NCBI RefSeq assembly: GCF_037042905.1
Contig: NC_087260.1
Location: 1,860,001-1,924,000 of the forward strand
DNA from: Lytechinus pictus
Taxonomy: Eukaryota
Direction of reading: 5' to 3'
DNA: 64,000 nucleotides
Made by a program: the position numbers and the translations under genes. Under the pieces are notes generated by a model. The model was not told where the DNA came from, did no database searches, and saw only the letters and a list, made by a program, of their open reading frames with translations. Positions 1 to 12,310 of this stretch are shown here, piece after piece. The first letter of the stretch is position 1. Every line of letters starts with the position of its first letter.

Positions 1-743
1 GGTAAATCTTATAAATATATTCTAACTTTTAAGTAAAAATAAAAAATGCATGCAGTAGATGGCAAGCATTTTGCCATGAGCAGTACGTGCCATCGATCGT
101 CGGTATCGATTTGTGATGTGCCTTAGACGACTTCGCACAACGAATATTCTGTACCCAGGCATAGGGATTTGGCTCCTATGCAATTCGAATTACTCAATCA
201 CGAAACTGTGTTATCCCTATTGACTATACTATGTGTACATGGGATGTGCGCGGGAGGAGATCGAATGGCAGCGCAATGTACATGCAGTAGGAATTATGTC
301 GACATAAAAATCTTTAATTTAATTTGAACATAACATTCACCAGAAGAGTTGATGGCAATATAACTTCTGGAATAGGCGAATTCTATGTAAAGAAAATTCG
401 ATATCTAATGAAACATGAACTTACAAAGTATGCTGATGAAACCGATTATATGACGGCACGGAGATCAGTTGGCAGTCAGTAGCAATGGCAATGCAAACCA
501 ATGTTTACAAATATATTTTATTTTGAAACGGATTTATTTATGTTTATATAGTGTACGTCGTTCAAGACTGTTGGATAATTTTTTTTTAAAGGAGCAATTC
601 TCTTTATATCAGATTTACTCAAGTTCAAGTTTATTTCGATTCTGCTAAACATGTCATCAATTAAAGAAGAAACAGTAATGCAGAACTGAGGTGATCTATT
701 AAAAAGCACAGCTTATTGAGAGACAGATCACCTGTATATATAC

Positions 744-1133
744 NNNNNNNNNNNNNNNNNNNNNNNNNNNNNNNNNNNNNNNNNNNNNNNNNNNNNNNNN
801 NNNNNNNNNNNNNNNNNNNNNNNNNNNNNNNNNNNNNNNNNNNNNNNNNNNNNNNNNNNNNNNNNNNNNNNNNNNNNNNNNNNNNNNNNNNNNNNNNNNN
901 NNNNNNNNNNNNNNNNNNNNNNNNNNNNNNNNNNNNNNNNNNNNNNNNNNNNTGCTCGGAGTTGGTCCAATGAACAGTCGGANNNNNNNNNNNNNNNNNN
1001 NNNNNNNNNNNNNNNNNNNNNNNNNNNNNNNNNNNNNNNNNNNNNNNNNNNNNNNNNNNNNNNNNNNNNNNNNNNNNNNNNNNNNNNNNNNNNNNNNNNN
1101 NNNNNNNNNNNNNNNNNNNNNNNNNNNNNNNNN
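744..1133. other. Assembly gaps (N runs 744-952 and 983-1133)
   Basis: Runs of n flanking a 30-bp island; further gaps at 12787-12926 and 34266-34436. ORFs crossing them are artefacts. Confidence 0.99.
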
Positions 1134-1961
1134 AGACAGAAAAAACATACGAAACACATACAAACACGCGCCCAAAAAGTTGTAGAAAAGTACAATCTAC
1201 AGTACGTAGGCCTAAATATCCTGCTAGCATTAAGGAGGACTGCATACTTCACTGTTGATAATTTACCGGTAGATGCAATTTACAAATAATGCATGCAGCC
1301 GAGTGCAAGTCGCGATGCTTGAAATAATACACCTATTTTACAACAAAATTTATGACATATTAAATACAGGGGCCATGCACTGTGACGAATAGAATTCAAA
1401 CAATTTTTTTTTCTTCTTCAAAGTGGAATTTCTGAGAGGTGATCGGGTATTATATGCATGAAAATTTGAGTTAAAGTCAAACAGTCCAGGGATATTCATT
1501 CATGTCAGGGAGTAAATTATTCAATTTGCGAAATTAACATTCAAGTTCAAGTTCGTCTTTATTCATCCATATTGGAATTTTTTGTTCACAATTTTAATTT
1601 ACAAAAAAAAAATACATCAAAATATCATACATTTTATGTCATGATTATATTTATAAAATTATATGAAAGTGAATACCCGTCATAGAGATATACCCGTTCA
1701 GTGTATAAAGGCTACAAACAAAATACACATAAAGCCTCCATTTGACAAAAGATGAACAAAATATACTAGTATAGAAATAAATAGTGATCAACAATCGGTT
1801 ACAAATTAAAAAATCCATTTCAATGACAATACATGTATAATTCAAAGAGTTACTGTTTAGAAATATCTAGAAATCAATATGTCTCAGTACCAAAAATTCC
1901 GAATTTCATTCCAATAGAAAAATTATTTTAAATTATGAATTATTAACATATTAATTTCAAA

Positions 1962-2000
<39 letters not shown>

Positions 2001-2670
2001 CTGTTTTTATTGAAAAAAATCACAATATTTACAAAAATTAATGCATGATCAAAATGCAAAATCAAGGGGAAAAAAGAAAAATGAAATAAATAAAATAATG
2101 AAACATTGCAGAACAAAGATTGAAGAAAAATCTCTTATTCAAGGATGAATTCCGTATTGGATTTAAACACTAAAGAAATACACTTCCCTTTCTTTGGTGT
2201 GCACTACCTCTTTGAAACAGATTATGGACTAAAATAGCTGAGGCAATTACTGTACTGCCTCCGAAGAGGTTTAAGATACATGTGTGTAATAAAATATTTG
2301 ATTACACACAATTGAAAATTTCATTCCAATAATAAATGCATGTAGTATTAACGTATTAATTCAAAGAGTTGTTTAAAAAGTTATATACAAATAACTTGTA
2401 ATTAATATTTCAGTACGGAAAAAAAAAAATCTAAAATTTCATTCCAATAATAAATGCATGAAGTATTAACATAAAGAGCTACTGTCTGAGAGAGTCAGGC
2501 AGATTTGAAAAAAAGGTCAGAAGATGGGGGTCGGCAGATTTCATTCATATTCTGAGGTTTAAGTACATAGAGGGTATGTACTACGAAAATGAGGTTAAAA
2601 TTTTCTAATCATTATTCTATTCATAGTGACCCCCCCAAAAAAAAAAAAAAAAATCGATCATAATTTGTAT

Positions 2671-5600
2671 ATCAAATAAACTTCGAATACGTTCCTAGAC
2701 AAAGTTGATCTTATTCTCTACTTTTAATGATCGGTGCTTCAGTGCACTTTATATCCTTGAATGTGAGAGGGCTTCGGGATCATCTGAAGCGAAGTAAGAT
2801 TTTTCTTTGGTTAAATCAACAGAAAAGTGATATCGTGTTTTTACAAGAAACGTACTGGACAAGTGATCTAGAACCTAAAATTAGAAATGAATGGAAAGGC
2901 CAATGTTATTTTAATCATGGAACGAACCATTCGAAAGGGGTTGCAGTTCTGATTAAAAATAAGCTTCACATTGAAAACATATGTAGCAAAGCTAAAGGAG
3001 ATGGTAGAATACTTAATTTGTCTTTCACATGTCAAGGTGAATGTTTTAATTGTATTAACATTTATGCACCCACCAAACGATCTGATAAATGTTCATTTTA
3101 TAAAAATTTTATGAGTTGGATTAAAAACGTTGTAAATCCAAATGAGAAAATGATTTTTGGTGGAGATTGGAATTATGCTCAAAACAAAAAATTAGACACA
3201 CAAGGAATTTTATATACATATGGTGCAGATGATTATATCTCAAAGCTAAAAAAACAATACTTATTGTTAGATATCTGGAGAAAGTTATATCCAGCATGTA
3301 AGCAATATACATGGAGGCAAAATTCCCTCAATTTATTTTCTCGTTTGGATTATTGGCTTATTTCAAGAGACCTTAGCCAATATGTTCTCTCTACGGATAT
3401 CAGACCATGTCTCAATTGTGACCACAATGCTATTTCATTGAAATTAAAACTTTTTAACGACGTGCGAGGAAGGGGTTACTGGAAATTTAATAGTGACCTA
3501 CTTAAAGATGATATATATAGGTTGAATATCGGAAATGTAATATATAAATGTAAATTGAAATATGAGAACCTTGATGCTCAAGGAAAGTGGGAAATGTGTA
3601 AAGTTAGAATAAAAGAATATACAATTAAATATGCTACAGATGTACAACGAAAAAAGAGAGAAAAACTTGTTCAATTGGAAAAGCAATATTTTTTATTGAA
3701 CAAAGAAATGGACAGTAGTCCTAATGATAGAAATGTCGAAGAAATCAATAAAATAAGGAAAGATATCGATGATTTGTATAATTATAAATGTAAAGGAGCT
3801 TACATAAGATCGAGAGAGAAGTGGATGGAGGAAGGTGAAAAATCAACAAAGTACTTTCTTGGCCTTGAAAAAAGAAACGGAAAAAAGAAAGAAGTTGATT
3901 GCCTAGAACACAACGGTAAAACCATCACTGATAAGGTGAAAATATTACAGAGATTACGTAAATATTATGATGATTTATATAAAAACCTTAATTCTATTAG
4001 TGATTTGGAGTACGAAAAATATTTATTTCATACAAATATACAAATCCTAAATGAAAATGAAGCATCGAGTTGTGAAGGTGATATAACCGAAAAGGAATGT
4101 GCTGAGGCTCTGTCAAGAATGCAGAATAATAAATCACCAGGTAGCGACGGCCTCACAGCCGAGTTTTATAAATGCTTTTGGAGCAAGCTAAAAGAAATGT
4201 TAATGAACAGTTTAAATGAAGGACATAGAAAGCAGCAATTATCTCCAAGTCAAAACATGGCCATGTTGGCGTTATTGTTTAAAAAAGGAAATAAAAACAT
4301 CATTCATAACTGGAGACCAATATCAATCCTAAATGTGGATTACAAAATTCTTGCACAAGTTCTTGCCAAACGACTACAAAATGTAATAACGAGCATTGTA
4401 TCTCCCGATCAAAGTGGTTTTATTAGAGAAAGGTCTTCAGCCGAAAATATACGTCTAGTGCAAGATATAATTGATTATTATCAGGGCATAAAAGCCCCGG
4501 GCATAATTATGTTTCTGGATTTTGAAAAAGCCTATGACAACATAAGTCATAATTTTCTATTTTACCTTTTAAAAAGATTAAATTTTGGAAATTCATTCAT
4601 TCGGTGGATTCAATCGATGTATAAAAACGCAAAAGGCCGTGTGCTAAATCATGGCTGGATCTCTGAATCTTTTCAAATTAAAAGAGGTGTAAGGCAGGGG
4701 TGCCCCCTCTCATCACTACTTTTTATTATTGTTGCAGAAGTTTTGGCGACGAAAATTAAACAGAATCATAAAATTGAAGGTCTCAGTTTACCGATTTCGC
4801 AGTTGAATGATGATCAAGTAGAAGTAAAAATATCCCAATTTGCAGATGATACAACTATATTTATGAAAAATAAAAATTCTCTTTCTAATTTGATGGAAGA
4901 ATTAATACTATTTGGTTCAAATGCTGGGCCAAGGATTAATTTGCAAAAAACCAAGCTGCTGAAGCTTAATATTGATATTGTCCCCGGACAAATAGAATGT
5001 ACTGAAGAACCGATAAAATATTTAGGTATATATGTTGGGAAAAATGAGAAAGATGTTGAAGATTATAATTGGCAAAATAAACTAGATAAGATACAAAATA
5101 TTATTAGAGTATGGAAACTAAGAAATCTAACATTTTTCGGAAAAATTATTATCATCAAAACTTTGTTGGTGTCTCAAATTGTGTATCCTGCAAAAGTGAT
5201 TAGAGTTCCCCAGAAAGTAATCAAATCTCTAAATAAAATGTTATATACTTTTATTTGGAATTCTTCAAAAGAAAAGGTTAAAAGAAATGTTTGTATAAAT
5301 AAAACAAACGAAGGTGGTCTTGGTATGGTCCACTTGGAATCGAAAATTGAATCGCTTAAGATTTCGTGGATAAGCAAGTTGTTAGAGCAAGGCGAACGTA
5401 GTTGGAAATTTCTTTTTAATTATTGGTTATCAAAGATTGGTGAAATTCCTTTATGTTTTGAATACAATATATCAACAAAAGATATGAATTTTCTTTGTAC
5501 AAAAGCAAATATACCTAGTTTTTACCATGATTTTTTTTGTAGCTGGTCTAAGTTAAGATATATTGGTATATTTGGAGTAAAAAACATTGAAAATGAAATC

Positions 5601-6617
5601 ATTTGGAATAACAGCAATATTACTTTTAATAAACGTATGTTGGTATATAAGAAATGGAAGCATGCAGGTATAATTAGGGTTAAAGATGTTATAAGAAATC
5701 GTCAATGGTTAGCACCAAATATTTTAAATAAATCTGTCTATTCTTCTCAGCTTTTATTTGATTTAGAATATGCTAAATTAAAAAAGTCTTTCCCTGTTTA
5801 TTGGTTGAATAAGTTGTTTAAGGAAAAGTATCCACTCGAATTAAAAAAAAGTGAACGAATCTTAATTTCATTAAAAAGTGGAGAACAAATAACTCTAGAT
5901 TATCTACCAACAAGAAAGATATATTCTTTATTATGTTCGGAGGTATCGGAAGAACCAGGCATTGTTTCTTTTTGGTCTAATCTTTTTTCATTACCAGTTT
6001 CCTTTAGTTGGAACCATGTATTTTATTTTAAGTTGCATTTAATTGTGGATAATAGAATTAGACAATTTAGTTTTAAATTTTTGAACAAGATTTTACCCTC
6101 AAGAGACAATTTATTTAAGTGGCATGTAGTAGAAAACAACTCATGTAACATTTGCGGAGAAGTTGATACCACTTTTCATTTCATACTGTATTGTAAATAT
6201 GTTCGATTTTTTTGGAAAATTATAGAAAGGTTGGTATTTTATATTTTCAAGATTACTATTTCTATAGATGAAAAAACATTAATCATAGGTTATGATCTGC
6301 AAAGTTCCAGCAATGTTATGTGTAATTTATTTTGTGTTATTGCTCAATTTGTTATTTATCGAAATTACATAAAAAGCATATTCAAAGGAAAAAGATATGA
6401 TGCGAATTCTTTATGGATTGAATTCAAGCTTACTATGATTATTTATTTAGAAAGTTTATGTAAACAAAAAAGCAAGTTCGGAATTTTGAAAAAATGTGAT
6501 ATTCAAAAAATTATTGCATTATTGAAGTGAATTGATTTTTTTTTTATTGTTTGTATATATATGTACATGTTATTGTGAATAAATACCTCGATTAAGAGGA
6601 TAAAAGAAAAAAAAAAA
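2671..6617 (+). mobile_element. L1/Tx1-type LINE insertion lacking ORF1
   Basis: AATAAA at 6578-6583 and A-rich tail at ~6602-6617. Candidate TSD aatttgtat at 2662-2670 and 6616-6624, extending to 13 bp with one mismatch (aatttgtatAtca / aatttgtatGtca). Confidence 0.85.
2727..6530 (+). CDS. L1/Tx1-clade non-LTR retrotransposon ORF2 (APE endonuclease + reverse transcriptase + C-terminal CCHC zinc knuckle), 1267 aa, uninterrupted
   Basis: APE motifs SLNVRGL, FLQET, NIYAP, GGDWN, SRLDYWL, CDHNAI; GYWKFN; EGEKSTKYF; RT motifs KSPGSDG, WRPISILNVDYKILA, LDFEKAYD, GVRQGCPLS, QFADD, KYLGI; EGGLG; C-terminal CNICGEVDTTFHFILYC. Confidence 0.97.
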   Translation: MIGASVHFISLNVRGLRDHLKRSKIFLWLNQQKSDIVFLQETYWTSDLEPKIRNEWKGQCYFNHGTNHSKGVAVLIKNKLHIENICSKAKGDGRILNLSFTCQGECFNCINIYAPTKRSDKCSFYKNFMSWIKNVVNPNEKMIFGGDWNYAQNKKLDTQGILYTYGADDYISKLKKQYLLLDIWRKLYPACKQYTWRQNSLNLFSRLDYWLISRDLSQYVLSTDIRPCLNCDHNAISLKLKLFNDVRGRGYWKFNSDLLKDDIYRLNIGNVIYKCKLKYENLDAQGKWEMCKVRIKEYTIKYATDVQRKKREKLVQLEKQYFLLNKEMDSSPNDRNVEEINKIRKDIDDLYNYKCKGAYIRSREKWMEEGEKSTKYFLGLEKRNGKKKEVDCLEHNGKTITDKVKILQRLRKYYDDLYKNLNSISDLEYEKYLFHTNIQILNENEASSCEGDITEKECAEALSRMQNNKSPGSDGLTAEFYKCFWSKLKEMLMNSLNEGHRKQQLSPSQNMAMLALLFKKGNKNIIHNWRPISILNVDYKILAQVLAKRLQNVITSIVSPDQSGFIRERSSAENIRLVQDIIDYYQGIKAPGIIMFLDFEKAYDNISHNFLFYLLKRLNFGNSFIRWIQSMYKNAKGRVLNHGWISESFQIKRGVRQGCPLSSLLFIIVAEVLATKIKQNHKIEGLSLPISQLNDDQVEVKISQFADDTTIFMKNKNSLSNLMEELILFGSNAGPRINLQKTKLLKLNIDIVPGQIECTEEPIKYLGIYVGKNEKDVEDYNWQNKLDKIQNIIRVWKLRNLTFFGKIIIIKTLLVSQIVYPAKVIRVPQKVIKSLNKMLYTFIWNSSKEKVKRNVCINKTNEGGLGMVHLESKIESLKISWISKLLEQGERSWKFLFNYWLSKIGEIPLCFEYNISTKDMNFLCTKANIPSFYHDFFCSWSKLRYIGIFGVKNIENEIIWNNSNITFNKRMLVYKKWKHAGIIRVKDVIRNRQWLAPNILNKSVYSSQLLFDLEYAKLKKSFPVYWLNKLFKEKYPLELKKSERILISLKSGEQITLDYLPTRKIYSLLCSEVSEEPGIVSFWSNLFSLPVSFSWNHVFYFKLHLIVDNRIRQFSFKFLNKILPSRDNLFKWHVVENNSCNICGEVDTTFHFILYCKYVRFFWKIIERLVFYIFKITISIDEKTLIIGYDLQSSSNVMCNLFCVIAQFVIYRNYIKSIFKGKRYDANSLWIEFKLTMIIYLESLCKQKSKFGILKKCDIQKIIALLK

Positions 6618-6948
6618 TTTGTATGTCACCGTACCATAAGATCATTCGTTTTGGCAATCTTCGCAGTGGCGTAGTATACGGGGGTCCAGGGGGGCACGTG
6701 CCCCTCGCTGAGATTTGGTTTGCCCCCCCCCCCCCGAAAAAATTGACGGAGCAAAAAAAGAAATAAATAAATAAAAAAGGAAGGGGAAAGATAAAATAAA
6801 AAAAAGAAGAGGAAAATGAGAGGAGGGAGATGAGTGAATAATATAAGGTGAAGAGAAGACTTTCTTTTTATGTCACTATATGAAATTTTCGCTCACGCTT
6901 CCCGGCGCTCGCATTGCCTTTTCGATGAGATTCATATCTTGCTCAATA

Positions 6949-8328
6949 CAATGCGTATAAAAAAAACAGGACAGATTTAAAAAGTCAATAAAACTTTTGT
7001 TTCAAATTATACTGTCTTTATTTTGGTGTTAATAGGTGCTCTAAGGTCTTATCTTTCAAATGCTATTAAAAAAAATTAGTTTCGTTCATGCTTGAGCGAA
7101 CACGGATTGATTTTGTCTGGGGTTAAAAAGGAGGCTTGCGCCAAAAAGGCCTAAACTTATAAATATGACGATCGCACTTCTTGCTAATTAGCAGACTTCC
7201 TCTTAACCTTTTCATTATCTTTGCCATAATTTTCAAATCATGCGGTCAAAATTAATTTTTGATCTATTTATTTGCTTGAATTGCTCTGTTGTTGTTTCTT
7301 TTTAATATGCTCTCTGTTATAGCTTAGAATATTCCTTCTTCAAGCTAAAACAATTTTGTTTCAACCGAAGTATGGGAGAGCGTGGTTTTTTTTTCAAATC
7401 CTTTCATTGTGTGCTACAAAGGTTATGGTGCCTTTTGAATAGTGCCACATAGATGGGCGGGGGCTTGGGATGCTCCCCCCCCCCCTCAGTTAAAAAAATA
7501 TCATGACCAAGAAAAAAAGTGGACAGGAAATAAAAGGAAAGATACAAAGTAAAATATAATATTATTTTCTGAATATTATGTCAAAATCTATCACAAAATT
7601 TGATATTGTAATAAAAAAAGTGGGAATATTTGCGTGCTCACTTCGCTCGCTCACAACTTTTTAATACATTTTACCCATTGTGCCATATCTACAAGTAGCT
7701 TCTTCAAAATTGACTCAATACACCATTGTCATTGAAAGACTTGAAACCCTTCCTGTGTTTCCCGTCAAGCAATTAAACTTGGTCAAGGAATCGATGACCC
7801 CTTGAAAAATAGATTCATGTCTTTTAAAGGTACATAACATAATTTGTTTCACATAATAAAAGGATTTGAATAATCACAAGTTTTCCAAATTAATAATGCA
7901 AATTTTCTTGCTTAATTGGGTTGACAAAAATCTTCTTTTCTCAGTTACTTTTGAAGGAAAATTAAAAGGTAAGAGAAGTTTAAATGAAAAAAAAATAATT
8001 CAAGTAAATAAATAAATTTGTAAATAAAATTTGACAGCATAATTCGAAAATTGTGGCACAGATAATGAAAAGGTCACGAGGAAGTCTCCTGATTAGCAAG
8101 AAGTCTGATCATCATATTACTCATATTCTGCAATTCTGGCGCAAGCCTCTTTTTGAACCCCCAACAAAAACGTTCCGTGTTCGCTCAAGCATGAACAATT
8201 TTTTTTTTTAATTTGCATTCCAAAGATAAGACATGAGAGCACCTATTTACACCAAAATATAGACATCATAATTTGAAACAAAAAATGTATAGACTTTTCA
8301 AATCTGTCCCGTTTTTTTATACGCACTG
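6949..8328. mobile_element. Tc1/mariner-type MITE (long imperfect TIRs, TA flanks) with nested repeat sequence
   Basis: TA|caatgcgtataaaa...ttttatacgcactg|TA; ~6949-7205 is inversely similar to ~8085-8328 (e.g. gttcatgcttgagcgaacacgga / tccgtgttcgctcaagcatgaac). Confidence 0.75.
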
Positions 8329-8949
8329 TATAGGCTGATATGAAGTTATGAAGTCAATATACGAAACATATTTCATCTCGGATATCGAGCTTTCATTATT
8401 TTTTCAATTTACAAATTGTTTTTTTCAAGTGCTCTGTAAAATGTCCGTTTTATAGTCTAAATATTAATATTTTCAGTCGCACTATTTGATTTGCATAGGC
8501 CTACTTCTTTATAAAGTCTTACAAACCGTCCTTAAAATGCACCTTAAACGAATCGTATATACTATCATGATTGCCAATTTGTATAGAAAAAACACTGTAT
8601 TTGATTGTCATATTGTTAACAATTTAGTAATTTTGGTACTTAATAATTGTGTTCAATTGTTCTATGAAAACTTAGTATGAGGGCCAGTTCGCACATTTTC
8701 TGATGTATATATGCATAGCCAAACGGAAGGTTTCGGGTGCAAGCCCCCCCCCCTCCCCCATTTTTCATGATTCAGAATGCGCCTCTAAGAAAGTGAGAGA
8801 ACAGGAGAAAGAACAATATAAAACAGAAAGTAAAATTTATTAACGTAAGATAAAGTAGAAAATATTTCGAAAACCTGTGCCACCGACCAAAATTTACAAT
8901 GGGTCCCGCTTAATTCTAACATTGATACTGGAGAGAAGGGGGGATTTTC

Positions 8950-9117
8950 TGGGTAATTGTCCGGGGGGGGGCTAATTGTCCTGGGGTAAATAGTCCGGGG
9001 GTAATTGTCCTCGGGGGGGGGGGGGGGTAATTGTCCGGGGGGTAATTGTCCTCGTGGGGTAATTGTCCGGGGGTAGTTGTCCTGGGGGTAATTGTCCGGG
9101 GGTAATTGTCCTAGAAC
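8950..9117. repeat. ~15-bp tandem repeat (ggggtaattgtcc), probably the subterminal array of a DNA element
   Basis: About ten imperfect copies of gggggtaattgtcc(t/g). Confidence 0.85.
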
Positions 9118-9207
9118 CAGATCAACCATACCAAGACCACCTTCAACTATCGGTCTGACACAAATATTACGCATAACTTTCTCACGCTTTGTATTCCATA
9201 AAAAGGG
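9118..9207 (-). mobile_element. Short fragment of a second, diverged L1/Tx1 ORF2
   Basis: Translates FLWNTKREKVMRNICVRPIVEGGLGMVDL, homologous to FIWNSSKEKVKRNVCINKTNEGGLGMVHL in the 2727-6530 ORF. Confidence 0.8.
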
Positions 9208-9282
9208 CTTGTACGGTCGTCTGCGTTCGCAGAGCGGGGATGGAGCTGGGGTGCATGGCCGCACCCTTTTGAGAAAACCGGG

Positions 9283-10475
9283 CAGTGGCGTACCGTGGGT
9301 CGCGGCATTGGAGGGGGGGGCACCAGCAAAAATTTTGAGTCCCTTAGTGAGCGCGCGAAGCGTGCTCAGTTGCCAGGTATACTGACCTAATAGAGACATT
9401 TTAAGGACAGTGCTATTAAACGGATATGTATCTCACTGATCAAAAAATGCGAGCGCGAAGCGCGAGCTGAAAATTTTTGATATTTAGACCTAAAATGGGA
9501 CATTATAAGCAAATTTTTTTAATCATGATACGTACCTGTCTCGCTAAATAAACAATACGAAGCGCGAGTTGAAATTTTTGTAAAGACCCCAAACATATAA
9601 GGACTATAATATAGTCCTTAAAATGTCCCTGCTGTTTGGGGTATATTATGTTTCAGGAATCCATTAAGAGTATACATCTCTCACCATAGTCATCTCATGC
9701 GAGTGCCAAGTATTTGCTGATTTTGTTACAATTACAAATTAATTTAAACACAGGGAACACTTGTGGTCATTGTAATCATGATTAACATACGCATCTCACT
9801 AATCAAATATTGCAAGCGCAAAGCGCGAGCTGAAAATTTAGGAAATTCAGACCTGAAGAGCATTCTAAGGTTTGTTTGTAGGAATTCACTATTAGACCAC
9901 ACGTATTTCACTACCCAAATTATGTGAGCGCGAAGCGCGAGCTGAAAATTTTTGATATTCAGATAAAAAGGACGTTTTCAAGGACTGATTTTAGGAATTC
10001 ATGAAGAGCAGACATATCTCACCAACCCACTAATGCGAACGTAAGCACGTACAGGGAATGTTTTATATTAAGACCTTAAAATGGGGCAATCACTTTAAGT
10101 AGTCATGAAAAAGAAGCAAATGCAATTACATAAAACAATGATAACTCGAAGTGCGAGGAAATATATTTGGTGTGTATAGACTTAAAATGGGAGGTTTTAT
10201 TACAACATGATTTTATATCTCGTTAAATAGAAAGTGCGAGCACCAGGAACAATGAAGATAGGCCCTGAGCAAATTATTTTTCATAAAGTTATGAAGAAAA
10301 AATTCTTATAATTATAATATTGCATAACATTATAATAAACAATATATTATTCTTTCCCACTATGTTTCTCTTCCTTTCTCCTTCTTTTTCTTCTTTTCCC
10401 CGTTTTTTTTTTTTAGGTCAGCCGATGGGGGGGGGGGGCACGTGCCCCCCATGTCCCCCCGTAGTTACGCCACTG
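9283..10475. mobile_element. hAT-type non-autonomous DNA transposon (1193 bp)
   Basis: Termini cagtggcgta...tacgccactg; perfect 8-bp TSD aaaccggg (9275-9282, 10476-10483); repeated internal gcgagcgcgaagcgcgagctgaaa motifs. Confidence 0.88.
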
Positions 10476-10765
10476 AAACCGGGGGAGCTTTTCTCGAAAG
10501 GGTGGGTTGAGGGAGGGGAGTCAACATAATGCACCTTTTTTTAAACAACCGAGGAGCTTTTCTCGAAAGGGTGGGTTGAGGGGAGTCAAAATAATGCACC
10601 TGTTTTAGACAACCGAGGAGCTTTTCTCGAAAAAGTGGGTTGAGGGAGGGGATTTAAAATAATGCACCCTTTTTAGACAACCGAGGAGCTTTTCTAGAAA
10701 GGGTGGGTTGAGGGAGGGGAGTCAAAATAATGCACCTTTTTTAGACAACCGGGGGAGCTTTCCAC
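10476..10765. repeat. ~60-bp minisatellite, about 5 copies
   Basis: Unit aaccgaggagctttctcgaaagggtgggttgagggaggggagtcaaaataatgcacctttttagac; a related partial unit at 9261-9282 is separated from the array by the hAT insertion. Confidence 0.9.
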
Positions 10766-10789
10766 GAAATGTAGACCTCTGAATCGTCT

Positions 10790-12148
10790 GGGATCCCGAA
10801 CATGGCCTATCGACCCCTGAAAATTCCCAACAGATAGGCTTCACTAAATGCGGTGCTCGCAAATGTTGCATTCCCCATTCATCTAGGAATCTATGGTCAT
10901 TTTACAAGCACAATCACATGCCATATAGGTTTCCCCAGTATACCCAACACATTCACTTTTTTGTGATGTACCTGGTAACTTGCAAGAAATTCAAGATGCA
11001 ATATGTGGGGGGAAACCACAACCACCCTACACACAAGGATGAGCAACACAAAATCTGATATATTGGCCTTTTTTAAAAAAGTCCAACACCAACGGAAGAA
11101 AGGACATCCCCAGTGCCTCCCACTTCAACAAAGAAGGCCACTCCATATAACATAAATATGCAAGTCACTGGTATAGAATTAATCCGCAATAAAGATGACA
11201 TACACTAAAGAAAGGAATCATTCGGATTCTTAAGTTAAAAAAACACCCTTAAACCCAACGGTATATTTACACGAATAAGACCGAAATATGTTTCTTTTCC
11301 TTCTCTCCTTTCTTTCTTTCTTTCTTTCTGTATTTCTTTCTGCATGTCTTTCTTTCCTTTATCTTAATTCTTCTTTTCTTCTACAAATACCTATTCTTCT
11401 TCTTCTTTCCCTCCTTCTTTCCATCTATCATATCCGTCTTTTTTAATGTTTCTGGTATAGACCTTTATAACGTTTTGATAATTAAATATACATGCTACAA
11501 TTTTACCTTTTGCCGTCTGAGCTTATACATGCATCTGTCCTTTAATTATTTTATGAATACATCAAAATAGATAGTAATATATTTTGTTTACCTTATACCG
11601 TATGTGTCCTACGTTAAGCCATTTTTACCTTGTATTGTTCATCAGTTCTGCTCAAATGCACTCATTTTACTTCAATTTTCTCACTTTGCTCTCTTTACTC
11701 GCCTATATACATTTTACTTTGTAAACAACACACACGGTACCATAACACCACTTCAAATGTGATTTAATTTTTTCATTTTATTTACTTTTTTTAATTTCTG
11801 TTGGGTATGATCCTTGTTAAATAATTACCATATAAATTTTTTCACATTTGTTTTGGTTTTGCTTTAATTAGCTGTTATTCACCATCATATTCTTTCTGTT
11901 GCTTATTCTACATTTCAAATTATATGCAATAATTAATTAATTCCATCTACATATCCAACTCTAATTTAGGAAAATTGATGAAGTGTTTTTTTTTTCAACG
12001 TGATATCAACAACAGCTTTAACTGATTATTTTCCTGCATTTATGTTACTCTAAATAATTTTCTATATTGGTACGTGTTACTTGTTTTATAATCCATGCAT
12101 TGACCTGCCATTATTTTGTTTGGAATGGAACGATTGACCTGGTCTCTT

Positions 12149-12187
<39 letters not shown>

Positions 12188-12310
12188 TATATCAGTGTCT
12201 TTAAACTTTTATAAAGTAATGATGAAACAACATTTGCCATGTTTATTTCTAGCTGATCAATACTGAAGAAGGCCACGTGCCGAAAGCTTTGCAACCCAGT
12301 GTATTAATTT
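10790..12310 (+). mobile_element. Decayed Penelope-like retroelement 3' part (GIY-YIG endonuclease remnant, T-rich 3' region, hammerhead-like core)
   Basis: Frameshifted peptides GFTKCGARKCC, MYLVTCKKFKMQYVGG (~10966-11013; GIY-YIG type YLITC..C..QYVGET), SHFNKEGHS, MQVTGIELI; CTGAAGA...GAAA at 12263-12285. Boundaries approximate. Confidence 0.72.

Noticed and set aside
661-1252. ORFs rich in X, also at 12645-12977 and 34203-34649
   Set aside because: They are open only because they run through N gaps.
8785-9399. 204-aa Pro-rich ORF
   Set aside because: A chimera of a hAT end, a 30-codon LINE fragment and a 15-bp tandem repeat.
10476-10765. Regular ~60-bp repeats resembling a CRISPR array
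   Set aside because: Whole units repeat with no unique spacers, there are no cas genes and the context is eukaryotic; it is a minisatellite.
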